Origin: Nitrospirota bacterium
GTDB taxonomy: Bacteria > Nitrospirota > UBA9217
Assembly (NCBI GenBank): GCA_963790205.1
Contig: CAWBNQ010000003.1
Coordinates: 704,001 to 768,000, forward strand
DNA: 64,000 nt
Reading direction: 5' to 3'
This document shows, one piece after another, positions 31,747 to 42,531 of this stretch; the first letter of the stretch is position 1; each line of letters begins with the position of its first letter. The notes beneath the pieces are model-generated. The model saw only the letters and a list, made by a program, of their open reading frames with translations. It made no database searches and was not told the origin of the DNA. Position numbers and translations under genes: made by a program.

Positions 31747-31848
31747 GTGCGGAATGCGGAGCGCGGAATGCGGAATAAAAAACAGGAAATAATCGGCCTT
31801 CTTAGTCGCCTTTATAACTCCACACTCCGCACTCGCCACTCCGCACTC
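31747..31848. repeat. Inverted heptamer arrays (GCGGAAT)n...(CTCCGCA)n
   Basis: Read directly. Similar tracts at ~7719-7772 and 12593-12661. Confidence 0.75.
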
Positions 31849-31862
31849 GTAAAGAGGTTTCC

Positions 31863-33272
31863 ATGGCAAAACTAAGCACAGAGGCGAAGGTAGGGCTCTT
31901 GGTCCTGGGGGGGTCGATCATTCTCCTCTGGATGACCTTTGTCGTCGGGAAGTTCGAATTCGGCGCCAATAAGGGCTACACGATAGAGGCCGTGTTCGAT
32001 TCCGTGGCGGGGCTCGATGCCAAGGCCGCGGTCAGGATGGCGGGGGTGAAGATCGGGAGCGTCGAAAAGGTTGAGCTCTTTGACAACCGCGCGAAAGTGA
32101 CCATGAGGATCCTTCCTGAGGTGCGTATCCCGCGCGGCGTACGGGCCGGGATCAAAACCATGGGGCTCCTCGGAGAGAAATTCGTCGAGATCACTCCGCC
32201 GGAAGGCGGCGCTGCCGCGGAAGGCCCGCCGGGGCAGTCGGCGTATCTCAAGGAGGGGGACCAGATCCTGGCAACGTCGTCCCCGAGCGACGTCGACAAG
32301 CTCATCAACCAGCTCTCCGGCATCGCCGACGATGTCAAGCAGGTGACGGCGTCGCTCCGGCAGGTCTTCGGGACCGAGCGGGGCGCCCAGTCCATGGAAG
32401 ACATCCTTGCCGACCTGCGGAAGACCACGGAGAACATCCGGGAATTTTCCCACACGCTGAACAGCGACGGGAGCGAGCTCGTTATGAGGCTGAACGAGCT
32501 CACGGCCAGCCTCAACGGCGTGGTGGATGAGAACCGGGACAATCTCAAGGTGTCGATGGAGAATATCCGCGAGGCGTCGAAGAACGCGGAACTGGCCCTG
32601 GCCTCGATCCAGAACGCCGCCAAGAAGATAGACCACGGCGAAGGCACGCTCGGCAAGCTGGTGAGCGACGACAGCGTGTACAACAACATCGACAGCGCGG
32701 CAAAGGGGATCAGCGACTATACCGGGCGCGTCGACCGCCTGCAGACGATCGTGAGCTTCAGGTCGGAATACCTGTTCCCCGACGCCAAGACCTATTTCTC
32801 GCTCGACCTCAAACCGAAGCCGGACAAATACTATACGCTCGAGGTCGTTTCCGACCCCCGGTACAAGTTTTCGCAGAGCATCGTGGCCGCGACCCCCGGA
32901 GGCGTCGTCACGACCGATACCTATCAGGACAAGTTCCTCTTCAGCCTGCTGTTCGTCAAGCGGTGGGGCAACCTCGGGCTGCGGCTCGGCCTCATGGAAT
33001 CGACGGGCGGCATCGGCGCCGAATACTATACGCTGAACGACAGGATAAAGTTCAACCTCGACGCCTGGAACTTCTCGAGCAAGGAGCCGGGCAACGAGAA
33101 CGCGCACCTGAAGGCGACGGTGAGCTACGACATCAACAAGCTGCTCTTCCTCGACGCGGGCTACGACAACTTCCTGAATGCCGGCCGCAGGGCGGCCTTC
33201 GTGGGCGCGGGCCTCCGGTTCGACGATGAGGACCTGAAATACCTGATCGGGAGCGTGCCCATACCCAAGTGA
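31863..33272 (+). CDS. mlaD: Long MCE/MlaD protein with a helical region and a C-terminal beta-strand domain
   Basis: TM helix, MCE domain (F.SVAGL...A.V.MAGV.IG.V, GLLGEKFVEI), heptad region, amphipathic strands ending VGAGLRF. Confidence 0.9.
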   Translation: MAKLSTEAKVGLLVLGGSIILLWMTFVVGKFEFGANKGYTIEAVFDSVAGLDAKAAVRMAGVKIGSVEKVELFDNRAKVTMRILPEVRIPRGVRAGIKTMGLLGEKFVEITPPEGGAAAEGPPGQSAYLKEGDQILATSSPSDVDKLINQLSGIADDVKQVTASLRQVFGTERGAQSMEDILADLRKTTENIREFSHTLNSDGSELVMRLNELTASLNGVVDENRDNLKVSMENIREASKNAELALASIQNAAKKIDHGEGTLGKLVSDDSVYNNIDSAAKGISDYTGRVDRLQTIVSFRSEYLFPDAKTYFSLDLKPKPDKYYTLEVVSDPRYKFSQSIVAATPGGVVTTDTYQDKFLFSLLFVKRWGNLGLRLGLMESTGGIGAEYYTLNDRIKFNLDAWNFSSKEPGNENAHLKATVSYDINKLLFLDAGYDNFLNAGRRAAFVGAGLRFDDEDLKYLIGSVPIPK

Positions 33273-33385
33273 TGGAAGGGGAGACGTTGAGAAGATAAGA
33301 GGTTGGGAAGGTGAGAAGCTGAGGTTTTCCGTGCCTCTCTGCTCAGCTTCTCAATCGCTCAACATGTGGTTATCCGGGGATGTTC

Positions 33386-33414
33386 TTGACTTTTCAGGGT
33401 CAGTTCCCTAGAAT
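33386..33414 (+). promoter_or_regulatory. Putative sigma70 promoter for galU-lon
   Basis: TTGACT-17 nt-TAGAAT. Confidence 0.55.
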
Positions 33415-33432
33415 GGCGTCAAGGAGAGCATC

Positions 33433-34302
33433 GTGAGCAAGGAGATAACAAAAGCGGTTTTTCCGGCCGCGGGCCTGGGGACCAGGTTTCTTCCCGCGAC
33501 CAAGGCGTCTCCCAAGGAGATGCTCCCGCTCGTGGACAAGCCCCTTATCCAATACGTCGTCGAGGAGGCCGTGGCGTCCGGGATCGAGGAAGTGGTGGTG
33601 ATCACGGGCAGGGGCAAGAGGGCGATCGAGGACCATTTCGACGTGGCGTTCGAGCTGGAGGAGGACCTCAAGGCAAAGGGCAAGCACAAACTGCTCTCCG
33701 AGGTGCAGCGCATCGCCGACCTGGTGACGTTCTGTTACATCCGGCAGAAAAAGGCGCTGGGGCTCGGTCATGCCGTGCTGACGGCAAAGCGGGTGATCGG
33801 CGAAGAGCCGTTCGCCGTGCTGCTCGGCGACGATATCATCGACTCGGACGTCCCGGCGCTGAAGCAGATGATGGCCGTGTACAAGCGTTATCCGGCGACG
33901 ATCCTCGCCATCCAGAAAGTGCCGAAAGCCCAGACGCGGAACTACGGCATCATTGACGGGAAACGGATAGAGGACGGGGTCTATCTGGTGAAGGACCTGG
34001 TGGAGAAGCCGTCACCGGACGAGGCGCCGTCGAACCTGGCCATCATCGGCCGCTATATCCTGACCCCCGAGATCTTTGCCGCTCTTGAACAGACGAGGCC
34101 CGGCAAGGGCGGCGAGATCCAGCTTACGGACGGACTCCGGCTGCTGATGGAAAAGCAGCCCATCTACGCCTATGAGTTCGAAGGCAAGCGGCACGACGCC
34201 GGCGACAAGCTGGGGTTCCTGAAGGCCACGGTCGAGTTCGGGCTCAAGAACGGGGAGTTTGGGGCGGAATTCAGAAGCTATCTCCAGAAGTTGAAGCTGT
34301 AG
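33433..34302 (+). CDS. galU: UTP-glucose-1-phosphate uridylyltransferase
   Basis: KAVFPAAGLGTRFLPATKASPKEMLP, LGLGHAV, VEKP, GEIQLTD. Confidence 0.97.
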   Translation: MSKEITKAVFPAAGLGTRFLPATKASPKEMLPLVDKPLIQYVVEEAVASGIEEVVVITGRGKRAIEDHFDVAFELEEDLKAKGKHKLLSEVQRIADLVTFCYIRQKKALGLGHAVLTAKRVIGEEPFAVLLGDDIIDSDVPALKQMMAVYKRYPATILAIQKVPKAQTRNYGIIDGKRIEDGVYLVKDLVEKPSPDEAPSNLAIIGRYILTPEIFAALEQTRPGKGGEIQLTDGLRLLMEKQPIYAYEFEGKRHDAGDKLGFLKATVEFGLKNGEFGAEFRSYLQKLKL

Positions 34303-34369
34303 GATACGGACAGCGGTGAAGAACCGGCAGTCATGAACACACGATCGCAAACAGGATGAGGAGGATAGC

Positions 34370-36782
34370 TTGGCTAAGACGGAAACGAAGAACATAGATC
34401 TCCAGCAGTCCATCGAGATACCGAAAAAACTGCCGCTGCTCCCGATCCGGGACATCGTGGTCTTCCCCTACATGGTGCTGCCGCTCTTTGTCGGCCGGGA
34501 GATGTCCATCAAGGCGATCGAGGTGGCGCTCGAAGGGAACCGCATGATATTCCTGACCTCGCAGAAGGACATCAACGTGGAAAACCCTTCGCCGTCGGAC
34601 CTCTATTCGGTCGGCACGGTCGGCGTGATCATGCGGATGCTGAAACTGCCCGACGGCCGCATCAAGATCCTGGTCCAGGGCGTGGCGCGGGCGAAGACCG
34701 TGAAATTCCTGCAAAAGGAGCCTTACTACCAGGTCGAGATCAAGACCTTCACCGATGTTCCGGCGCTGGCAAACCTCGAGACCGAGGCGCTCATGCGGAA
34801 CGTGAAGGAACAGATCGAGAAGCTGGTCTCCTTCGGCAAGGTCATCCTTCCGGACATCATGGTGGTCATCGAGAACGTGGACGACCCGGGAAAACTGGCG
34901 GACCTTGCCGTGGCCAACATGGGGCTCAAGGTGGAACAGGCGCAGGAGATCCTCGAGATCACCGATCCCCTTCAGCGGATCAAGCGCATCAACGAGGCGC
35001 TCGGCAAGGAGATCGAGCTCCTCTCGATGCAGCAGAAGATCCAGGCCGACGTGCGGGGCGAGATCGACAAGACCCAGCGCGAGTATTTCCTGCGCGAGCA
35101 GCTCAAGGCGATCCAGCGCGAGCTCGGCGAGACCGACGACCGGTCCGAGGACATGCGCGAGCTCCGGGAAAAGATCAAGGAGGCCAAGCTGCCGGACAAA
35201 GCGGGGAAAGAGGCCGAGAAGCAGCTTCGCCGGCTCGAGCGGATGCACCCCGACGCGGCCGAGGCGTCCATGACCAGGACGTACATCGAATGGCTCGCGG
35301 AACTTCCCTGGAGCAAGGCGACGAAGGACAACCTCGACCTCAAGGCCGCGCACAAGGTGCTCGAAGAAGACCACTATGACCTCGAGAAGGTGAAGGAACG
35401 CATCATCGAGTACCTCGCGGTGCGCAAGCTCAAGGAGAAGATGAAAGGCCCGATCCTCTGCTTCGTCGGGCCTCCGGGCGTGGGCAAGACCTCGCTCGGC
35501 AAGTCGATCGCCCGGGCGCTGGGGCGCGAGTTCGTGCGCATATCGCTGGGCGGCGTGCGCGACGAGGCGGAGATCCGCGGGCACCGCCGCACCTATGTCG
35601 GCGCGCTCCCCGGCAGGATCATCCAGGGCATCAAGACGGCGGGCAACAACAACCCCGTCTTCATGCTCGACGAGATCGACAAGATCGGCGCCGATTTCCG
35701 GGGCGACCCGTCCGCGGCCCTGCTGGAAGTGCTCGATCCGGAACAGAACAACTCCTTTTCCGACCACTACATCGGGATGCCCTTCGACCTGTCGCGCGTC
35801 ATGTTCATCACCACGGCGAACATGACCGATCCCATCCCGGGCCCGCTCAAGGACCGGATGGAGATCATCCGCTTGTCGGGATACACGGAGCAGGAGAAGC
35901 TCGGCATCGCGAAGAGCTACCTGGTCCCCCGGCAGCTCACGGAGCACGGCATCACGGACAAGAACATCAGCCATCCCGGACAAGACCATCCTGCAGGTCA
36001 TCATGCAGTACACGCGCGAGGCGGGGGTGAGGAACCTTGAGCGCGAGATCGCCCACCTCTGCCGCAAGGTGGCGAGAAAGATCGCGGAGGGCGAGACCGG
36101 ACTCTTCACGGTCACGCCGGCCAACCTGCACACGTACCTGGGCGTGCCGAAGTTCCTGCCCGAGGTCGAGCGGGAGAAGGACGAGATCGGCGTGGTGACC
36201 GGCCTGGCGGTGACCGAGACCGGAGGCGACATCCTCTATATCGAGGCCACGACCATGCGCGGCAAGGGCACGCTCACCCTGACGGGGCACCTCGGCGACG
36301 TCATGAAAGAGTCCGCCCACGCGGCGCTCACCTACGTGCGCTCCCGGGCCAAGGTCCTCGGCATCAAAGACGACGTGTTCGGGAAGACCGACGTCCACGT
36401 CCACGTGCCGGCCGGCGCCATCCCCAAGGACGGCCCCTCTGCGGGCGTTACGATGACCACCGCCCTGGCTTCCGTTTTCAGCAACGTGCCGGTCAGAAAA
36501 GACGTCGCCATGACCGGCGAGGTCACGCTCCGGGGACGGGTCCTTCCGATCGGCGGGCTCAAGGAGAAGACGCTCGCCGCAAAGCGGGCGGGGATCATGA
36601 CCATGATCATCCCGAAGGAAAACGAAAAAGACCTTGACGATATCCCGAAGAACCTGAGAAAAGACATGAAGTTCATACTTGCGGAGACCATGGACGACGT
36701 TTTCTCCACGGCGCTTCGCAGGAAGACGCCGCAGCGCATAGCGCATAAAAAGCTCCCCGGCAGGTCGCGGGCAACGCATTGA
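34370..36782 (+). pseudogene. lon: Lon protease (~803 aa if corrected) with a +1 frameshift near 35971; real or assembly error
   Basis: [29 protein letters not shown] in the first [29 protein letters not shown] in the second. Removing one nt gives [20 protein letters not shown]. Confidence 0.93.
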
Positions 36783-36869
36783 TTCAGTAAAAAAGTTCGG
36801 AGTCGGGAGTTCGTAGTTCGTAGAAAACGCCGTTGTTTTTTCTCCGTGTTTCTGCGGCAATACTATACG

Positions 36870-37979
36870 ATGAAGATATCAGACCTGGGCGAATTCGGCC
36901 TGATCGGTCGCATTAAAAAGCTGGCCTTGCGAAAGCCTTCCTCGGCGCCGGTCGGCATCGGCGACGATGCCGCGGCGTTGAAGCTGTCCGCGTCCCATAT
37001 CCTGCTGGCAACCACTGACCTGCTGATCGAAGGCGTGCATTTCGACCTCGCGTATACGGACTTCTCTTCGCTCGGCTGGAAAGCCGCCGCGGTAAATTTG
37101 AGCGACATCGCGGCCATGGGGGGCGTTCCCCGGTACTGCCTGACCGCGCTCGGCATCCCGGCGGGCGTCTCAGTGGAGCAGGTGCTCGAGTTCTACCGGG
37201 GATTCAACGCGCTTTTGCGGGCCCATGCGGCGACGCTTGCGGGAGGGGACACCTGTTCCTCCGGCAGGGGACTGTTCATCAGCGTGACCGCGCTCGGCGA
37301 GGTTGAACCGAAGCGCATCATCACCCGGGCAGGGGCGAAGCCGGGGGACAGGATCTACGTGACCGGCACGCTGGGGGATTCCGCCGCGGGACTGGAGCTT
37401 CTGCGATCTGGCGTCAGGAGCAAGGAGTCGGGAGTAAGGAGTAAGAACCTTAAATCCGCGATCCGCACACCCTGCACTCGCGGTTCCACTCGGAAACGCT
37501 GGGCGCAGGCTCCGCAATCCGCAATAGAAAAGCTCATCGCGCGCCACCTCCGGCCGGCGCCCCGCGTCGAATGGGGCAGAAAGCTCGCGCTTTCCGGGTG
37601 CGCGAACGCGATGATCGACCTGAGCGACGGGCTCTCGTCCGATCTGGCCCGCATCTGCGAACAGAGCGGGGTCGGCGCGGACATCGTGGCCCACGGGATA
37701 CCGCTTTCCGCCGCGCTTCGCGCCCTGTCCGGGAAACTGGCAAGGCCCGCGCTGCAGTACGCGCTGTCCGGCGGCGAGGATTACGAGCTGTTGTTCACCG
37801 TGCCGCCCGCCAGGGTGAAGAAACTTTGTTCCCTGAAGCTCCCGGTAACGGAGATCGGATCGATAACCTCCGGGAAAACGCTTTCACTGGCCGACGCCCG
37901 GGGGCGGAAAAAACCGCTTCCGCCCGCGGGATACGACCACTTTCGCGGGGGCGGAAGACCGCTCCGGCACATCAAATAA
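36870..37979 (+). CDS. thiL: Thiamine-monophosphate kinase with an in-frame repeat-derived insertion
   Basis: GEFGLI, GIGDDAA, EGVHF, NLSDIAAMGG, GGDT, DLSDGL, GGEDYELLFT, GYDHF. Confidence 0.95.
   Translation: MKISDLGEFGLIGRIKKLALRKPSSAPVGIGDDAAALKLSASHILLATTDLLIEGVHFDLAYTDFSSLGWKAAAVNLSDIAAMGGVPRYCLTALGIPAGVSVEQVLEFYRGFNALLRAHAATLAGGDTCSSGRGLFISVTALGEVEPKRIITRAGAKPGDRIYVTGTLGDSAAGLELLRSGVRSKESGVRSKNLKSAIRTPCTRGSTRKRWAQAPQSAIEKLIARHLRPAPRVEWGRKLALSGCANAMIDLSDGLSSDLARICEQSGVGADIVAHGIPLSAALRALSGKLARPALQYALSGGEDYELLFTVPPARVKKLCSLKLPVTEIGSITSGKTLSLADARGRKKPLPPAGYDHFRGGGRPLRHIK
37468..37509 (+). repeat. Fixed-end hairpin element, copy 2 (42 bp, in frame within thiL)
   Basis: CACCCTGCACTCGCG-GTTCCACTCGGA-AACGCTGGGCGCAGG inside an (ATCCGCA)n tract. 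Confidence 0.8.
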
Positions 37980-38000
37980 TTACTACAGGACCGTCCCGCA

Positions 38001-38468
38001 ATGCGCATGAAATACATGACCGACCGCATACGCTCACTTTTCCGGCTGAACGACACGCCTCACAGGCTGGCCACCGCCTTTGCGCTCGGCGTTTTTATCG
38101 CCTTCAGCCCCACCATCGGGCTCCATACGGTCACCGCCCTGCTGATCGCATGGGTCTTTCGCTTGAGCAAGCTTGCGGTCCTGACCGCGGCCTTCATCAA
38201 TAATCCCTGGACCATCGTCCCGCTCTACGGGTCCTGCCTGTGGCTGGGCATGAAAATTACGGGCAGCGGCGCGGCCATGCCGCATATTGCATGGAACGAA
38301 CTGAGCCTGGGCAGCGCCTATCTGGTCCTGAGGCCCTATCTCTGGCCCTTTATAGCCGGGACGCTCCTGGCCGGCGTCATCGCCGCCGCTGTTGCCTACG
38401 GCGCGGCGTACTGGGCGGTTGTGCGTTACCGGAAAACGGGCGGAGAAACGCAGACGATCGCGGAATAG
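38001..38468 (+). CDS. DUF2062-type membrane protein
   Basis: TPHRLA.AFALGVFIAFSP..G.HT, NNPWT..PLY. Confidence 0.8.
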   Translation: MRMKYMTDRIRSLFRLNDTPHRLATAFALGVFIAFSPTIGLHTVTALLIAWVFRLSKLAVLTAAFINNPWTIVPLYGSCLWLGMKITGSGAAMPHIAWNELSLGSAYLVLRPYLWPFIAGTLLAGVIAAAVAYGAAYWAVVRYRKTGGETQTIAE

Positions 38469-38572
38469 TCATGAACGCGGAAACCGCGGGGCCCCGCCTC
38501 AGGGGTCCGCGTCCAACGGCCGGGGACGCCCCGTAAAAACGGGAAGCGCCGATACGCAAGAGGGGAGTTAAC

Positions 38573-40423
38573 GTGAATTCATACTTTCCGGACCTCGCCG
38601 CGTCGCTGGCATGTTACGCGCTCATGGCCGCCGCCTATTACGGGTGGGGAGGCTTTCTTGTCAGATCGCTCAAGATCGACGGGAAGCTCGGGAATGCTTT
38701 TTTTCAGCTGACCTGGATCGGCTGGTGCGGCTCCATCCTCGTGCTTCAGATCGTGAATTTCTTTGTCCCGATCGACCGTTTCTCAAGCGGCGTCTTTTTC
38801 CTTGCCGGCGTCGCATTCTGCGTTACGTCGCTCGTCCGGAATCCGCCCCGGGTCCTTTTCGGCGCGAGGACCCTCGCATTCGCCGGCGTACTGGCCGTCC
38901 TCACGGTCTGGGCCGCATCCTGGGCGATGCTTCCGCCGGTAAACTACGACAGCGGCTTATACCATTTTAATACGATCCGCTGGCTGAACGAATATCCGCT
39001 GGTCCCGGGGCTCGGCAATCTTCACGGCCGGTTCGCCTTTAACCAGTCCTTTTTCACCTATGCGGCATCGTTGAATTTTTATCCGCTCTTTCCTCACGGC
39101 CACAACGTGGCCAACAGTTTTCTGCTCCTGCTCCTCTTTGCCGAATGCCTCTATGCCCTCGTTGTCCGGCCGGGAGGGGAACAGGGCGACAAAGGCGGTC
39201 CTTCAGCCCTTTTACTTGTCCCGCTCTGCATGCTTCCCGTGCTGGTGTTCATCGCCGTCGCGAACAGCCTGTCCTCGCCCACTCCCGATATCGCCGTAGC
39301 CGTCCTCTCCCTTGCGCTCTTTTACTCTTTTGCGCGTCATGTCGCGCTGCGGACGTCGGACGCCGCAACGTCCTCCCTTCCGGTCATCCTGATCCTGTCG
39401 GCAACCGCGGTAACGATCAAGCTGAGCCTTCTGGTGTACGCTTCGGCGGTCTCGCTGCTGTCCATCATCCTTGTGTGGAACGCGCTGACGAAAAAAGGGA
39501 GGTCAGAGGGTTTTCGCAGGCATGTCCTGTACTTGTTCCCCTGCCTCATTCTTGCGGTCTGGGTAGTGAAAGGGCTCATCCTCAGCGGATATCCCGCGTA
39601 TCCCGTTCCGGTCGCCCGCCTTCCCGTTGACTGGTCCGTGCCGGTCGAAAAGGCGGCGAACGATCTGGCCTGGGTGAAAAGCTGGGCGCGAATGCCGGGC
39701 CTTCCGCCGGAGAAGGTCCTGGGGTCCTGGGACTGGCTGGGGCCGTGGCTCGACACTATCGGAAAACAGACCGTCACGGTCGTGTACCCCTGCGCCGCCG
39801 CCGTCGTTGCCGCTCTTCTGGGCGCGGTCCTGTCGTTTCTCATCCCTTCGGCCAGGCGGGCGGGAACAGCCGGTCCGAAGTCGCCCGGGGGGTCGCGTCT
39901 TCCTCCACCTCATGCCGGCGCCCGCCGGCGCGGGTCTCCTGGCGCCGCGTCCCTTGCGGGCGTCGAACCGGACCGCGCGTTGTGGCTGCTCGCGGCGCCG
40001 CCGCTTCTGGGGCTTGCCTACTGGTTTTTTACGGCGCCTGATTACCGGTTCGCATCCGCTCTCTTCTTTCTGCTGCCGATCTCGACGGCCTATCCCCTCC
40101 TGCAGAGCGCCCGGTCCCGGCGGAAGTCCGCGAACCTGGCGCTGATGCTGGCCCTGTTCCTGTCCGTCCATGCGATGCTGCTGGACTGGCTGATCGAGCG
40201 GTCATCGGTCATCGCGACCGTTCCGGAAGAGGGCTACGCGGGCGTTGCCGTCGCGCCGCTCGTGGAGTATAAAACCGCATCCGGGCTGCACCTGTGGGTG
40301 CCCGCCTCCGGGGACCAGTGCTGGGATTCTCCGCTCCCCTGTACTCCCTATCCTGACCCCCGGCTGCGACTGAGAGGCGACGGCCTCCGGTCGGGATTTA
40401 CCGTCAACGACCGGCGCCCTTGA
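38573..40423 (+). CDS. Polytopic membrane protein, probable GT-C-like glycosyltransferase (LIC_10190-like)
   Basis: YDSGLYH...I.W, GLGNLH.R.AFN, SSPTPD, SGYP.YP, APDYRF, C-terminal CWD.PLPCTP. Confidence 0.6.
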   Translation: MNSYFPDLAASLACYALMAAAYYGWGGFLVRSLKIDGKLGNAFFQLTWIGWCGSILVLQIVNFFVPIDRFSSGVFFLAGVAFCVTSLVRNPPRVLFGARTLAFAGVLAVLTVWAASWAMLPPVNYDSGLYHFNTIRWLNEYPLVPGLGNLHGRFAFNQSFFTYAASLNFYPLFPHGHNVANSFLLLLLFAECLYALVVRPGGEQGDKGGPSALLLVPLCMLPVLVFIAVANSLSSPTPDIAVAVLSLALFYSFARHVALRTSDAATSSLPVILILSATAVTIKLSLLVYASAVSLLSIILVWNALTKKGRSEGFRRHVLYLFPCLILAVWVVKGLILSGYPAYPVPVARLPVDWSVPVEKAANDLAWVKSWARMPGLPPEKVLGSWDWLGPWLDTIGKQTVTVVYPCAAAVVAALLGAVLSFLIPSARRAGTAGPKSPGGSRLPPPHAGARRRGSPGAASLAGVEPDRALWLLAAPPLLGLAYWFFTAPDYRFASALFFLLPISTAYPLLQSARSRRKSANLALMLALFLSVHAMLLDWLIERSSVIATVPEEGYAGVAVAPLVEYKTASGLHLWVPASGDQCWDSPLPCTPYPDPRLRLRGDGLRSGFTVNDRRP

Positions 40424-40669
40424 GGCGCGGAGCCCGGGGCCGCGGGTGTGATGGACAGGGGGCGGCGGTGATTGCCCTGGAAAGTTCTGTACGGGCAATT
40501 CCAATTATGCTACAATAACCCATTGCAACACACTGTGCATCGTGCGCCTGCCGAACACGGTTGCAGTGCGGAGGTTGATGCGTGAGCGCTCTGTTTTCCC
40601 GTGCCTCCCTTGCCCGTTGCCGGCGGGCCTTGCGCTCGAAAGAGAGCTTGCTGCCGCGGATAAAGGAGC

Positions 40670-41380
40670 TTGTCGTTCATGCCGATACTGTCTGTGGTGA
40701 TCCCGGTCTATAACGAAATAAAGACCATCGAAGAGAATTTAAAGCGGGTCTGCGGCGTTTCGCTTCCTGCCGACTTTGCAAAAGAAATAGTTATAATCGA
40801 CGACGGCTCGAGGGACGGCACCCGTGAGTTTCTTGCCCGGCTCGACGGTCCCTACCGGATTATTTATCACGAGAAGAACAGAGGAAAAGGCGCCGCCGTG
40901 CGTTCGGGCTTTGCGGCCGCGACAGGAGACTATATCGTCATTCAGGACGCGGACATGGAGTACGATCCCCGGGAGTACGGGGACCTGCTGAAACCGCTCC
41001 TTGACGGAAAGGCCGACGTGGTATTCGGCTCCCGGTTCATGAGCGGCCGGCCCCACGCGGCGCCGCGGTTCTGGCACTATTTCGGCAACAAGATATTAAC
41101 GGCGTTTTCAAATGCGTTTTCGAACCTCTACCTCACCGACATGGAAACGTGTTATAAGATGTTCACCCGCAAGGTGGTCCGGGACATCGCCCCGAGGCTT
41201 GTTTCGAACCGGTTCGCGATCGAGCCGGAGATTACCGCGCGTGTCGCCCAGGCGCGATACCGGGTGTACGAGGTGGGCATCTCATACGGGGGCCGATCGT
41301 ACGCGGAGGGGAAAAAGATCGGGTGGAAGGACGGCTTTTCAGCCCTGTGGGCCATTGTCCGGTTCAACCTGCTGCCGTGA
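40670..41380 (+). CDS. GT2 glycosyltransferase (polyprenol-phosphate sugar synthase-like)
   Basis: SVVIPVYNE, DDGSRDGT, NRGKGAA, QDADMEYDP, DMETCYK, EGKKIGWKDG. Confidence 0.9.
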   Translation: MSFMPILSVVIPVYNEIKTIEENLKRVCGVSLPADFAKEIVIIDDGSRDGTREFLARLDGPYRIIYHEKNRGKGAAVRSGFAAATGDYIVIQDADMEYDPREYGDLLKPLLDGKADVVFGSRFMSGRPHAAPRFWHYFGNKILTAFSNAFSNLYLTDMETCYKMFTRKVVRDIAPRLVSNRFAIEPEITARVAQARYRVYEVGISYGGRSYAEGKKIGWKDGFSALWAIVRFNLLP

Positions 41381-41450
41381 GAATGCGGTTGACCCGCTCT
41401 TCGGTCCCTTCCGGGGGGAGAAGCCGGCCGCGCGCTTCTCGGGAACGACC

Positions 41451-42140
41451 ATGAAGGTATTGATCATTGTTCCGGCATACAACGAGGAAAAAAGCCTGCC
41501 CGGCGTGGTCCGGGACCTGGAAAAGCACGCGGCTTACGCGGACGTGCTGGTGGTCGACGACGGGTCCCGCGACGCGACGGCGCGCATCGCCGGGGAGCTC
41601 GGCGTGACCGTGCTGAGGCTGCCGTTCAATCTCGGCATCGGCGGGGCCATGCAGGCGGGCTACCTCTACGCGGACCGGCGGGGCTACGAGGTCGCGGTCC
41701 AGTTCGACGGGGACGGTCAGCACCTCGCGTCCGAGATCGATGCCTTGCTGGGGCCGATCCGGGAGGGAACGGCGGACCTTGCGGTCGGCACCCGGTTCCT
41801 GAACCAGGGCGGCTATCGGGCGCCCCTGTTCAGAAGAATGGGCATCGGGGTGTTCTCGCTCGTCCTCTCGGCGATCCTCGGCATGCGGATGACCGATACC
41901 ACGTCCGGGTTCCGCGCGGCAAACCGGAAGGTCATCGATTTTTTCAGCCGCGGGTATCCCGACGATTATCCCGAGGTGGAGTCCCTCGTGCTCGTGCACA
42001 AGCGCCGCCTGAGGATCGCCGAGGTGCCCGCGCAGATGCGGCAGCGCGTTACGGGAAAATCGTCCATAACGCCGCTGCGCTCCGTGTATTATATGGTGAA
42101 AGTGCTCCTCGCGGTCCTTGTTGATCTGCTCAAAAAATGA
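41451..42140 (+). CDS. GT2 glycosyltransferase (DPM synthase-like)
   Basis: PAYNEE, DDGSRD, NLGIGGAMQAGY, QFDGDGQH, DTTSGFRA, YPEVE. Confidence 0.9.
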   Translation: MKVLIIVPAYNEEKSLPGVVRDLEKHAAYADVLVVDDGSRDATARIAGELGVTVLRLPFNLGIGGAMQAGYLYADRRGYEVAVQFDGDGQHLASEIDALLGPIREGTADLAVGTRFLNQGGYRAPLFRRMGIGVFSLVLSAILGMRMTDTTSGFRAANRKVIDFFSRGYPDDYPEVESLVLVHKRRLRIAEVPAQMRQRVTGKSSITPLRSVYYMVKVLLAVLVDLLKK

Positions 42141-42147
42141 GGTGGCC

Positions 42148-42531
42148 ATGGATCTGTTGAAAATACTCGCGATGGTCGGCAGCGGATCGGTCTTTGTCCT
42201 GGTGATCGAGCTGATCAGGAGGGGGCGTTTGAAGGAACGGTATTCCCTGCTCTGGCTCTGCGCCAGCGCCCTGCTTTTGGTCCTGTCCCTGTCGAGAAGC
42301 GTGCTCGAATATCTCTCCCATGTTCTGGGGGTCTATTATCCGCCTTCCCTGCTTTTTCTCCTTGCGTTCCTGTTCCTCCTGTTGATAACGCTGCATTTTT
42401 CCGTCGTGCTGTCCGGCCTTTCCGAGAAAAATAAAAAGCTGGCCCAGGAGCTGGCCTTGCTGCGGCAGGAACTTCAGGCAACGCTGAACGCCCGCGGGGG
42501 AAGCAATGCGGAAGGACGCCCGGGGCGGTAG
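42148..42531 (+). CDS. DUF2304-type small membrane protein
   Basis: IRRGRLKERYSLLW, LGVYYPPS, KKLAQELALL. Directly follows a DPM-like GT2. Confidence 0.8.
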   Translation: MDLLKILAMVGSGSVFVLVIELIRRGRLKERYSLLWLCASALLLVLSLSRSVLEYLSHVLGVYYPPSLLFLLAFLFLLLITLHFSVVLSGLSEKNKKLAQELALLRQELQATLNARGGSNAEGRPGR

